Positions 48,392 to 57,591 of a stretch of 64,000 nt of DNA are shown one piece after another. Position numbers and translations under genes: made by a program. Under the pieces are notes generated by a model, which was not told the origin of the DNA, did not search any database, and saw nothing but the letters and a program-made list of their open reading frames with translations. The stretch lies in IMG/VR virus record IMGVR_UViG_3300032050_007618. One strand, written 5' to 3'. This DNA comes from an uncultured virus (IMG/VR IMGVR_UViG_3300032050_007618). Its lineage: Duplodnaviria > Heunggongvirae > Uroviricota > Caudoviricetes. How positions within the stretch are numbered: the stretch's first letter is position 1; the number at the start of each line of letters is the position of its first letter.

Positions 48392-49581
48392 TGAACACAG
48401 AACATCAATTTTTTGATTTAGACGTATTTAAATTCGATAAGGAAGTAGAAAAAAGAAAGTTCATAGACAATATGAACTTTTTGAAATCTATGAGTGTCGA
48501 AGAGTCAACGTTCTATAAGAAGTGGGAGGAAGTAAAAGAATATAGTAAGTTTGCAACTAAGTCTGATGATGTCTTTTGTAAGATTTGGAAACCCAAGGAT
48601 CTTAACAACGAAGAGTTGACGTTGCAGCAATTGGAGAAAATGAATCCAACTATGGTTCATGTGGAAACTGAACAACAAGAGTTGGATTGGTTGATGTTGC
48701 GTGTGTTTTGTCATACGATGGAGTTTAGTCAAACTCCGGGTAGGTTTCTAAAGTTTCTTATTACTGATGGTAACGAGGATAATCCCAAGTATCTGGGAGC
48801 GGTATCTGTATCAAGTGACGTTATTACGATTCAGGATAGAGATGTTTATCTAGGATGGACACCCAAGAACAAGTTGGAAGATGGTAAACTGGTTCATAGT
48901 GCAATTGGAAGTTGTATTATGTCAACTCAACCTTTTGGATATAACTTTCTTGGTGGTAAGTTGATAGCGTGTTTGGTTACATCTTCTGCAGTACGTGATG
49001 TATGGAAGAAGTTGTACGGACAAACTTTGGTAGGTATGACGACAACCAGTCTATATGGTAGTTACAGTATGTACAACAGTTTGAAGTGGTGGCACAAATG
49101 TGGAACCAGCGCTGGTAAGATCCCTATTAAGCCAGATGACACCTTCTATCAAATTTGGCACGATTGGATCAAGGAGAATAAATCTAATGAATACATCAAA
49201 AAGATGACTCAAAAGGATGATGTCTCTGGACCTGTAACTGGCGCTAAACAACGTGTATTGAGTATGATCTTTCAAGAGTTAAAGATTAAAACTCAAGATT
49301 ACGTTCATGGGTATGAAAGAGGTGTTTATTATAGTTGTTTTTATGAAAATACCAAGGAGTTCTTGAAGAACGAGATTACTGAAGATCGATTGGTAATGAA
49401 AAAATTGTTCGTGGATGACACGAATGTTATAATGAATTGGTGGAAATCTAAGGCAAAAGACCGTTATTTGAAGTTAAAATCGGAAAATAATCTTAAAAAT
49501 GACGTTTTGTATTATAGTCCTATGATCGACCTGTCATATCAAGACGCTAAGGAAAAGTTTTTTAAAGAAGTTGGCCGATGA
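48391..49581 (+). CDS. DUF4338 / Druantia DruA-like protein
   Basis: PGR.LKF, RD.YLGW, QPFGYNFLGGKLIA and TTTSLYG..S.Y motifs. Confidence 0.7.
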   Translation: MNTEHQFFDLDVFKFDKEVEKRKFIDNMNFLKSMSVEESTFYKKWEEVKEYSKFATKSDDVFCKIWKPKDLNNEELTLQQLEKMNPTMVHVETEQQELDWLMLRVFCHTMEFSQTPGRFLKFLITDGNEDNPKYLGAVSVSSDVITIQDRDVYLGWTPKNKLEDGKLVHSAIGSCIMSTQPFGYNFLGGKLIACLVTSSAVRDVWKKLYGQTLVGMTTTSLYGSYSMYNSLKWWHKCGTSAGKIPIKPDDTFYQIWHDWIKENKSNEYIKKMTQKDDVSGPVTGAKQRVLSMIFQELKIKTQDYVHGYERGVYYSCFYENTKEFLKNEITEDRLVMKKLFVDDTNVIMNWWKSKAKDRYLKLKSENNLKNDVLYYSPMIDLSYQDAKEKFFKEVGR

Positions 49582-49617
49582 GTTCATATTTATAATGTAC
49601 AATAAATAGGACTCTTT

Positions 49618-50226
49618 GTGCTAGATTTTATTTCTTATAACAGATTTAACACGTTTATAGAACGTTTGTTGGTGGTGAGAAAAACCCAAGTTTCGCCATC
49701 ATACGTGGATAACTCCGCAAACGGTTTATTTACTGGACCTGTTGGTACCATTCTTCAAAAGCGTGGTAATATCTTTTCGTACAAATATCCCAACGATCCC
49801 GATTTTACTGTCATCAATTATACCAATAACACCATTGAAAGGTTGTGTAATAACTATTCTGTGGTATTAAACAGTGGTGTAAATAAGAATGTAACGTGGG
49901 TCAAAAAGGATAACAGTCCGGGCACAAAATGGGAAAATAAAGGTGTTAACAGTCAGATATGTGTAATTTGTGAAATTACACCTGCTGCGCCATGTACAAC
50001 ACCAATTATCAGTTATATTACACCTACACCTACTCCATCTCCATATACTTATTATGGTGATATTGTTGTTGGTACATTACGAGTAACTACGTTAATTGTT
50101 GACAGTAATACGCCATGTCCACCGACCGGCTCTGGTTCATTTGGACAAGTGAGTATATGTGAAAATTACCTGTATATTTACGATGGTACTAAATGGAAAC
50201 GTTTTGAACTTTCGACTTATTATTGA
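49618..50226 (+). CDS. Putative virion/fibre-related protein
   Basis: TATTTATA at 49587; PT linker; C-terminal GQV..CENYLYIYDG..WKR beta module. Confidence 0.55.
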   Translation: MLDFISYNRFNTFIERLLVVRKTQVSPSYVDNSANGLFTGPVGTILQKRGNIFSYKYPNDPDFTVINYTNNTIERLCNNYSVVLNSGVNKNVTWVKKDNSPGTKWENKGVNSQICVICEITPAAPCTTPIISYITPTPTPSPYTYYGDIVVGTLRVTTLIVDSNTPCPPTGSGSFGQVSICENYLYIYDGTKWKRFELSTYY

Positions 50227-50228
50227 TT

Positions 50229-50420
50229 ATGTCAACAACGTATACTGAAATAAGTGCCAGTACAGCTACAATCACCACTTTGATTGTGAATGATTCTGGC
50301 TCATGCACTCCTACTTCAAGCACCACCGGTACATTTGGTCAAATCATCATTTGTGAAAACTACATCTACGTGTATGACGGTGTTCAGTGGAAACGTGGTG
50401 AGTTTAGCACATATTCTTAA
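50229..50420 (+). CDS. Small paralogue of the C-terminal module of the upstream gene
   Basis: TTLIV..C.P...GTFGQIIICENYIYVYDGVQWKRGEFSTY. Confidence 0.65.
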   Translation: MSTTYTEISASTATITTLIVNDSGSCTPTSSTTGTFGQIIICENYIYVYDGVQWKRGEFSTYS

Positions 50421-50462
50421 AAAAGTCTGTACACGACGGTATTTTTATGATACCGTCATCTC

Positions 50463-51389
50463 ATGCGTAATCATCGTTATAGTCTGTGTTGTATTTCTCT
50501 TCAACTCCAAGATCAGGGTATTCAAGCGTCTACCATGACCAAAACACGGTTTCTTCAGTTGGAACGTGTCAACGCTGAACGTATTGTTGCAGATCGTACT
50601 CTCAACAACGTATTTGTAACTCGTAAGACCCTTGAGTTTTGCGCAACTCGTAAGTGGAATTACCGTGTCAGTAGCGGTTTGATGCCTCTGGAAACTCTTC
50701 CTGAAGCCAATCTTTCAATTGAAACTACCTACAACTTTGACAAAATCAAACAAGAGTTTGATTTGTGTGCGTCAGTGATCAAACAACACAACATTCGTTG
50801 TTCAACGCATCCTGACCAATTTGTGGTTCCTGCCAGCGCAAATCCTGCTGTGGCTCAAAAGTCTGTCATCGAATTGGAATCTCATGGAAAAATGATGGAT
50901 TATTTGGGTCTTCCTCAATCATATGAGGCTCCCATCAACATTCATATGAATTGTTTCAAAGGTGCTGATCTAAAAGACATCGCAAAACGTTTTATTGACG
51001 TATACAACGATCTTTCTGTGTCGGTGAAGCGTAGACTGGTTTTGGAGAACGAAGACAAGCCTAACAGTTGGAATGTGGAACAGTTGTATGAACACATTTA
51101 TCAACAGACTGGTATTCCAATTACTTACGACAATCTTCATTTTCGGTGTAATCCGGGTCGTCAAACTGCTACTGAAGCGTTGAAAATGGCTACAACTACG
51201 TGGTCTACGTACATTCCATTGTTTCACTTTAGCGATAACGATCCTTCTGAAAAGAATCCTCGGTCACATGGACAATATGTTAGGGATATTCCAGTGGAAT
51301 ATGCCACGTATGATGGCAATTTGGATTTGGAGATGGAGTTTAAAGCCAAAGATTACGCCATTGAAAAATTTCAATCTGAGTTGAAATAA
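50463..51389 (+). CDS. uvsE: UV DNA damage endonuclease
   Basis: YRVSS, R.STHPDQF..., INIH, RLVLENED, P.TYD.LH, P.FHFS and E.KAKD.A. Confidence 0.92.
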   Translation: MRNHRYSLCCISLQLQDQGIQASTMTKTRFLQLERVNAERIVADRTLNNVFVTRKTLEFCATRKWNYRVSSGLMPLETLPEANLSIETTYNFDKIKQEFDLCASVIKQHNIRCSTHPDQFVVPASANPAVAQKSVIELESHGKMMDYLGLPQSYEAPINIHMNCFKGADLKDIAKRFIDVYNDLSVSVKRRLVLENEDKPNSWNVEQLYEHIYQQTGIPITYDNLHFRCNPGRQTATEALKMATTTWSTYIPLFHFSDNDPSEKNPRSHGQYVRDIPVEYATYDGNLDLEMEFKAKDYAIEKFQSELK

Positions 51390-51402
51390 AAAAACAATTC
51401 TG

Positions 51403-51430
51403 TTGACATCCTGAGTATGTATGATATGAT
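51403..51430 (+). promoter_or_regulatory. Strong sigma70-like promoter TTGACA-N16-TATGAT (extended TG)
   Basis: Read directly; preceded by an A-tract UP-like element. Confidence 0.65.
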
Positions 51431-51491
51431 AGGAGACGTTAGTTACAAAACTAACAAAATAAAAAACTAAAATACTAAATATAATAAAGTT

Positions 51492-51776
51492 ATGAAGATT
51501 ATTAATGACGCACGTCGTAAGACGTATTTTGTTCAACGTAAGAACGCCGCAATCAATACTTATATTGCGGGACCAACCAATGGCGCTCATCGAGCGACCC
51601 GTTTGACCCTTCATGTCGGCAAGACCCGACTTGACCTCAACGGTCGTCAGATTCGTGCTCTTCGTAATGTCCTCGATACGAGTAAGGCTCTTGCTGGAGT
51701 TCGTACCCGTACGGCGATTAAGGCTGCCAAGCCGACAAAGCCTGCTAAGCCTGCTAAGCCGGTTAAGACCAAGTAA
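51492..51776 (+). CDS. Small highly basic protein with a histone-like KPAK tail
   Basis: R/K-rich, ending AAKPTKPAKPAKPVKTK. Confidence 0.7.
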   Translation: MKIINDARRKTYFVQRKNAAINTYIAGPTNGAHRATRLTLHVGKTRLDLNGRQIRALRNVLDTSKALAGVRTRTAIKAAKPTKPAKPAKPVKTK

Positions 51777-51798
51777 AACTACTAACATAGACAGAGAT

Positions 51799-51948
51799 AT
51801 GGGAAAGACTTATAGAAAGAATTCGGATTCTTTTGAACGCAAGAAAAGGAATCGTAGGTTTGAACAAAGTCTGAGTAAGAACAAGTCCAAGCCAGGAAAA
51901 TTCGATAAGAATCGACCATTCGGAAGAGACGAAGAAGAATATGCTTAA
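51799..51948 (+). CDS. Small basic protein
   Basis: MGKTYRKNSDSFERKKRNRRF..., 49 aa; ATG at 51799 is the plausible start. Confidence 0.55.
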   Translation: MGKTYRKNSDSFERKKRNRRFEQSLSKNKSKPGKFDKNRPFGRDEEEYA

Positions 51949-52243
51949 AAAGACTATACTAACCATAATGGTAGTATTATCTTTGTTAACCTATAAGTTT
52001 GAAGTACTAATACCACTGGGATTCGTCCTAGTGGTATTTTATTTATATCAGGTTCACAAGATGTTACTTATCAACAAACAAGTTATTGATGAAAATAATG
52101 ATGACATGAACAGACTTATAACAACTTTACTAAACAACCAAAAGGTGTTATCTTCTGATCTTAAACTGTTAAGAAATATAAATCATGGCGACAAGAAAAG
52201 CATCAACAAAGAAATCCAAAAAAACAACAGCCGAAGAGAGTAG
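51941..52243 (+). CDS. Membrane protein with two N-terminal TM segments and a coiled coil
   Basis: Hydrophobic residues 5-40; overlaps the next gene by 59 nt. Confidence 0.5.
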   Translation: MLKKTILTIMVVLSLLTYKFEVLIPLGFVLVVFYLYQVHKMLLINKQVIDENNDDMNRLITTLLNNQKVLSSDLKLLRNINHGDKKSINKEIQKNNSRRE

Positions 52244-52703
52244 TACACCTACTGTTAAAGCCTTGGGGTTGTTTGATCATGTTAACCACATACGTAATGT
52301 TCAAAACCCCAAGTATTTTTCAACACTGAGTGACGCTGATAAAAAGAGTTTTGCTCACGTGATGTTGATGAAGTTTTTATCGATGGATCGTAACGCTCTT
52401 GATTCACTATCTTATATTGGAAAGTATCAAGACGGTATGCCATCTGAGAACTTTTATCAGGTGTTGATTGCAACTGTACCTCGTACTAAATATTTTCATC
52501 CTTATATCAAACCAGCCAAGACTAAATACTCACTTGAGTTTTATCAGATGTTGGCACAATGGTATGAATGTTCTTCGTCAGAGGCAGAAGAATATGCCGA
52601 AATTTTAAGTCAAACAGATAGTGGTTTGACCGAAATGATCAATATATGTAAAGCGTATGGTTTGACTGAGGAAGAAGTAGAAGGATTGATGACAAATGAG
52701 TAA
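52185..52703 (+). CDS. Clamp loader small subunit (T4 gp62-like)
   Basis: LFDHVNHI, F...M..KFLSM and Y..L...VP..KYF..YIK pattern. Confidence 0.55.
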   Translation: MATRKASTKKSKKTTAEESSTPTVKALGLFDHVNHIRNVQNPKYFSTLSDADKKSFAHVMLMKFLSMDRNALDSLSYIGKYQDGMPSENFYQVLIATVPRTKYFHPYIKPAKTKYSLEFYQMLAQWYECSSSEAEEYAEILSQTDSGLTEMINICKAYGLTEEEVEGLMTNE

Positions 52704-53361
52704 AAAAGTTTATATTGGAATATCTGGTGTTGCAAGAAGTGGTAAAAACTTGTTTTGCGACATTTCGAAGAAAATTGTCACTGAAACATATGGACTATCA
52801 TGTAGTTCTTATGCGTTGGCATATTATCTCAAGAATGATTGTAAAGAATTTGTACAAGACAAGTTAGGATTGGATGTTTTTACAGAAAATACAGAAGACA
52901 AAAAAGTATTTAGAGAAATGCTTGTGTGGTATGGAGATGTAAAACGTAAACAAACCCAAGGACGTTATTGGACTGAGAAGCTACAACTTGATTTGGAAAA
53001 GGATACTTCGGATGTAATTTTTATAACTGATATTCGTTATAACTTTTACCCGAAAGATGAAGTGTTTTGGATTTACAATGATTTACATGGTCATTTGATT
53101 CACGTTTCTAAGTATACTTATGGTTTCCCTACTGATGGCCGACGTATTCGTAGTGATATTGCCAATACAACTCAGAAAATTTGGACAGAACCAGCGAATG
53201 ACCATGAACGTTGGAACGATCCCAAGGTTAAAGCCGAATCCGATTTTATTGTTGAATGGGAACATATCAAGTCAGACGGAAAAACATACCAAGATATTGT
53301 GAATGATGAAAATCTAAACAAGATTGTATCTCCTATTTACGAAACACTGTTCAAAAAATGA
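52696..53361 (+). CDS. Deoxynucleoside monophosphate kinase (T4 gp1-like)
   Basis: IGISGVARSGKN, LA..LK, R..L..YG...R and ITDIRY. Confidence 0.8.
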   Translation: MSKKVYIGISGVARSGKNLFCDISKKIVTETYGLSCSSYALAYYLKNDCKEFVQDKLGLDVFTENTEDKKVFREMLVWYGDVKRKQTQGRYWTEKLQLDLEKDTSDVIFITDIRYNFYPKDEVFWIYNDLHGHLIHVSKYTYGFPTDGRRIRSDIANTTQKIWTEPANDHERWNDPKVKAESDFIVEWEHIKSDGKTYQDIVNDENLNKIVSPIYETLFKK

Positions 53362-54197
53362 AAGGTATTATTTTATCTGGAGGTACCGGGAGTAGGTTGT
53401 ATCCACTTACATGTGCGAGTAACAAACAGTTATTGCCTGTATTTGATAAACCTATGATTTATTATCCCTTGTCAACGTTGATTAACAAAGGGATACGTGA
53501 AATCATGATCATATCAACACCCAAATGGATCACAGAGTATAAAGCGTTGTTTGGAAATGGAAAACAGTTGGGGTTAAAGATTGTATATGGTGTACAACCA
53601 CAACCAAAAGGCATTGCTCAATCATTTTTGATTGCGGAAGATTTCATTAAGAAGGATTCTATATCATTGATCTTGGGTGATAACATTATTTTTGGCACAT
53701 CGATTGAAACTTTGTTTTCACCCGCACACATACTTGCGTATCCCGTCACAAACCCACGGGATTATGGCGTGGTTGAGTTTTCTTATGATGGAAGGGTAAA
53801 GTCCATAGAAGAGAAACCCGAAGTGCCTAAGAGTAAATACGCGGTTCCGGGGTTGTATTTTTATGACAATACGGTGATTGGTATAGCCAAGAAGTTGAAA
53901 CCTTCGGCTAGAGGGGAATTGGAAATCACCGACGTTAACAAGGTATATCTTGAAAGAAATGAGTTGTATGCTACGTTAATGAAACGAGGATCTGTATGGT
54001 TGGACGCTGGTACACCCACAACATTGGCACAAGCTAGTAGTTATGTACAAACTATTCAGGAACGTCAAGGTATCAAAATTGCGTGTATTGAAGAAGATTG
54101 TTTGAATAATGGATTTATACGATTGGATCAATACAAGAATATAATTGAAAAAACACCGAAATCCGAATATAGAAATTATTTGGAATCGATCATTTGA
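53358..54197 (+). CDS. rfbA: Glucose-1-phosphate thymidylyltransferase
   Basis: GIILSGGTGSRLYPLT..KQLLPVFDKPMIYYPL, LGDN, EEKP and SARGELEITD. Confidence 0.95.
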   Translation: MKGIILSGGTGSRLYPLTCASNKQLLPVFDKPMIYYPLSTLINKGIREIMIISTPKWITEYKALFGNGKQLGLKIVYGVQPQPKGIAQSFLIAEDFIKKDSISLILGDNIIFGTSIETLFSPAHILAYPVTNPRDYGVVEFSYDGRVKSIEEKPEVPKSKYAVPGLYFYDNTVIGIAKKLKPSARGELEITDVNKVYLERNELYATLMKRGSVWLDAGTPTTLAQASSYVQTIQERQGIKIACIEEDCLNNGFIRLDQYKNIIEKTPKSEYRNYLESII

Positions 54198-54212
54198 TAT
54201 ATATTACCGGTT

Positions 54213-55076
54213 ATGATTTTATTATTAGGTGCGTCCGGTTATATTGGTAAAGAGTTCAACAAACAGTTATTTCAAAATAACGTGCCTGTTAGAACGTGTG
54301 GAGTGTCAACAAAAGAGTTGACATATACGCATTTGGAACTGATGCACAAATCATTAAAATTAACTGCAATCGTTAATTGTGCTGGGTATACAGGTAAACC
54401 AAATGTAGATGCATGTGAGACAGACAAACACAATACGATTTATGGCAACGTAGTCGTACCAGAAATGTTGTCGTTGTTTTGTCGTAATCATGGAATTACA
54501 CTGGGACATGTATCGTCTGGGTGTATTTACACAGGACGTAGGTCAGACGGAAAACCATTTACAGAAAAAGATCGTCCTAACTTTAGTTTTGAACACAATA
54601 ACTGTAGCTTTTATAGTGGTACTAAAGCTATGGCTGAAGATGTTATTAGACAGAACTGGGGAAATCATTATATTTGGAGATTACGTATACCGTTTGAGGA
54701 AAATAACAATCCGAGAAACTATCTGTCTAAGATGTTGAATTATAAGAAGTTGTTGGATGCCGAGAATTCGATATCCAACAAGTATGATTTTGTCAATGCG
54801 TGCGTTCAGTCGTTAAAAAAGAATATTCCATATGGCACATACAATGTGACTAATACTGGATTTGTTACTACAAAACAAGTAATTGAAAAGATGCAAAAGA
54901 CTATTGCCAAGGATAAAGTCTTTGAGTTTTTTGATAATGAAGAAGATTTTTATAAGATTGCTGCAAAGACTCCACGGTCAAACTGTGTTATGAGCAATGA
55001 AAAACTACTGTCAACTGGTATTACTATGAGAACGGTCGATGAAGCCTTGAACTATTGTTTAGAAAATTGGAAATAA
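54213..55076 (+). CDS. rfbD: dTDP-4-keto-6-deoxyhexose reductase (RmlD-like, possibly bifunctional 3,5-epimerase/4-reductase)
   Basis: LLGASGYIG, NCAGYTGKPNVDACE, SSGCIY, YSGTK and RLRIP. Confidence 0.75.
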   Translation: MILLLGASGYIGKEFNKQLFQNNVPVRTCGVSTKELTYTHLELMHKSLKLTAIVNCAGYTGKPNVDACETDKHNTIYGNVVVPEMLSLFCRNHGITLGHVSSGCIYTGRRSDGKPFTEKDRPNFSFEHNNCSFYSGTKAMAEDVIRQNWGNHYIWRLRIPFEENNNPRNYLSKMLNYKKLLDAENSISNKYDFVNACVQSLKKNIPYGTYNVTNTGFVTTKQVIEKMQKTIAKDKVFEFFDNEEDFYKIAAKTPRSNCVMSNEKLLSTGITMRTVDEALNYCLENWK

Positions 55077-55077
55077 T

Positions 55078-56340
55078 ATGAAATATACAGAAAAAGTTAC
55101 AAATTGTCGAGTATCAAATGATCAACTTGTTCCATTGTTTACATTGGGAAATTTATTCATTTCAAACTTTGTTAAGGATCAACCATCAGATGATTTCAAG
55201 TCTGAAATGAAGTTGATGTATTCACCTACATCAAAGTTGGTTCAGTTGGAACAGGGCGCTGATCCAAACAAAATGTATGGTCAATATTGGTATCGTTCAG
55301 GTACAAATCAAACTATGCGTAATCAACTCAAGAATGTGGTTGACAGCTGTATGATGGTTCACAGCCCAAAGTCTGACAATCCTCTATGGTTGGACATTGC
55401 GTGTAATGATGGAACACTATTGAGTTATGTGCCGACACCATATTCAAGGTTAGGGATTGATCCTGCCGATGACTCTTATACCAAAGAGAGTGTTAAGTTC
55501 GCAGATCAAGTAGTACAGGATTATTTTTCAAAATCAGCGTTTGATAGAAGTTTATTCAAAGGACGTAAGTGTGATGTAATCACTTGTATCGCAATGTTTT
55601 ATGATCTACCAGATCCAGTTTCCTTTTTAAACGAGGTTCATGAAGTATTACACGATGAAGGATTGTTCGTAGTACAAATGAGTTACACTCCATTGATGAT
55701 TCAACAGATGGCGTTTGATAATATCTGTCACGAACACTTGATGTATTATTCTTTACACTCTTTCAAGTATGTTGCCGAAAAGGCTAATTTTAAGATTGTT
55801 GATTGTGAGTTGAACGATGTCAATGGAGGATCGTTCAGAGTTTATTTGCAGAAGAATATTGCTAAAGTTACATCATATGCTACTGCTCCTTATCGTGATG
55901 TTGCACGTTATCGTGTAAATTCCACTTTAGAATATGAAAACAAGATCGGTGCAAATACCATTGAGTTTTACATGGACTTTTATAGGAAACTTCAAGAGTT
56001 AAAGGAAAAGACTTATAATTTCATCAAACAAGAAAAGGAAAAGGGTAAGAGTATTTGGGTATACGGAGCGTCAACCAAAGGAAACACTCTTCTTCAATAT
56101 TTTGGATTGGATAAAACGTTGATTGATGGTGCGGCAGAACGTAGTCCATATAAGTTTGGATTAAAGACAGTTGGAACTGACATTACAATTTATTCCGAAC
56201 AAGATATGAGAAAGGCTAATCCGGATTATCTTTTGGTATTGCCTTGGCATTTTATTGATGAATTTAAGAGACGTGAGTCAACATATCTAATGACGGGTGG
56301 TCATTTTATAGTTCCATGTCCAGTATTTGAAATTGTATGA
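55078..56340 (+). CDS. NDP-hexose C-methyltransferase
   Basis: LVQL..Y..Y.Y.S, DIACNDG, FDNICHEHLMYYS, NGGS, YGASTKGNTLL and PDYLLVLPW. Confidence 0.85.
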   Translation: MKYTEKVTNCRVSNDQLVPLFTLGNLFISNFVKDQPSDDFKSEMKLMYSPTSKLVQLEQGADPNKMYGQYWYRSGTNQTMRNQLKNVVDSCMMVHSPKSDNPLWLDIACNDGTLLSYVPTPYSRLGIDPADDSYTKESVKFADQVVQDYFSKSAFDRSLFKGRKCDVITCIAMFYDLPDPVSFLNEVHEVLHDEGLFVVQMSYTPLMIQQMAFDNICHEHLMYYSLHSFKYVAEKANFKIVDCELNDVNGGSFRVYLQKNIAKVTSYATAPYRDVARYRVNSTLEYENKIGANTIEFYMDFYRKLQELKEKTYNFIKQEKEKGKSIWVYGASTKGNTLLQYFGLDKTLIDGAAERSPYKFGLKTVGTDITIYSEQDMRKANPDYLLVLPWHFIDEFKRRESTYLMTGGHFIVPCPVFEIV

Positions 56341-57296
56341 AGAAAAATATTTTAGTTACAGGTGGGTGTGGTTTTATTGGATCACACTTTGTAGAAAAGT
56401 TATTGAATGATCCCGATATTGGTTGCATTATTAACGTTGACAAACTAACATATGCAGCCAATAGGGATTTGAAGTTCAATGTAGACCAACGATATAAACA
56501 TTATGTTGCAGATATTAATGATGGAGTTATTTTGTGGCAGACACTAAATAAGTTTGAGATTACTCATGTAATTAATTTTGCTGCGGAAACTCATGTTGAT
56601 AATTCAATTTATGCTCCTGATCCATTTGTAACAACAAATGTTCTTGGAACATACAATTTGATTAAAGCCATATATGACTATGGTAAACTTGAAAAGTTTA
56701 TTCATATTTCAACTGACGAAGTTTATGGGTCTTTGGGTGCCAAGGAGTCATCCTTCACGGTTGAAAGTCCATATCGTCCAAATAGTCCTTATTCTGCCAC
56801 AAAGGCTGCAAGTGATTTGTTGGTACGTAGTTACAACAAAACATATAAACTACCAACTATTATTACCAATTGTAGCAACAATTTTGGACCTCGACAAAAC
56901 GCTGAGAAATTGATTCCGACCTGTATTCGTAAGTTAAAAAACCGAGAACAAATTCCGGTATATGGTACTGGTCAGAATGTACGTGATTGGATCTATGTAA
57001 AAGATCACGTTAACTGTATTTGGGATGTACTTGAAAATGGTGATGTAGGAAGTCAATATTTGATTGGCGGTAACAACGAATTGACCAATCTTGAATTGAT
57101 TGAATACATTAAATCAACGTTTGAAGAAGTAACAAATACCAAGGTAGATTACGACTACATAAGTTATGTCACTGATCGTAAGGGACACGATTTACGATAC
57201 GCTATTGAAACTTTTGAGTATGAACAAAAGTTTGGAAAAATGAAATTGACTGATTTCAAAACAGCGTTAAAGACAACTATTGAAAGTTATATCTGA
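56337..57296 (+). CDS. rfbB: dTDP-glucose 4,6-dehydratase
   Basis: TGGCGFIGS, DKLTYA, FAAETHVDNS, STDEVYG, PYSATK and DRKGHDLRY. Confidence 0.95.
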   Translation: MKKNILVTGGCGFIGSHFVEKLLNDPDIGCIINVDKLTYAANRDLKFNVDQRYKHYVADINDGVILWQTLNKFEITHVINFAAETHVDNSIYAPDPFVTTNVLGTYNLIKAIYDYGKLEKFIHISTDEVYGSLGAKESSFTVESPYRPNSPYSATKAASDLLVRSYNKTYKLPTIITNCSNNFGPRQNAEKLIPTCIRKLKNREQIPVYGTGQNVRDWIYVKDHVNCIWDVLENGDVGSQYLIGGNNELTNLELIEYIKSTFEEVTNTKVDYDYISYVTDRKGHDLRYAIETFEYEQKFGKMKLTDFKTALKTTIESYI

Positions 57297-57590
57297 TTAA
57301 ACATTAAACTCTTGGATGATGGCATTATTTTGAATAAATTTAATATGACCATCACCCAAGGAGTTTTTGAATAAGTTTATATTATTACTTACTTCAGTTA
57401 AAACCAACGATCTGTATTGCATTTCACAATCATTTTTTACACGTTGTTTTTCAGTTCCTCTACAACTGCAAGTATTTTTAAAACGTTCTACCAATAACAC
57501 ATACTCTTTCAGCTTAGAGACTGAATTGGGTATGTTATTGTGCGTCTTTAGTATGTTATAAAATTCTGTGAAGTTTTGGACGAGGATCAT
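57297..57590 (-). CDS. Hypothetical protein (CSC motif)
   Basis: 97 aa; last gene of the minus-strand operon. Confidence 0.55.
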   Translation of the reverse strand: MILVQNFTEFYNILKTHNNIPNSVSKLKEYVLLVERFKNTCSCRGTEKQRVKNDCEMQYRSLVLTEVSNNINLFKNSLGDGHIKFIQNNAIIQEFNV

Positions 57591-57591
57591 A

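Noticed and set aside
50060..50420. Duplicated segment as a possible DGR template/variable repeat pair
   Set aside because: Differences are largely synonymous and not adenine-specific, both copies are coding, and no reverse transcriptase is in the window.
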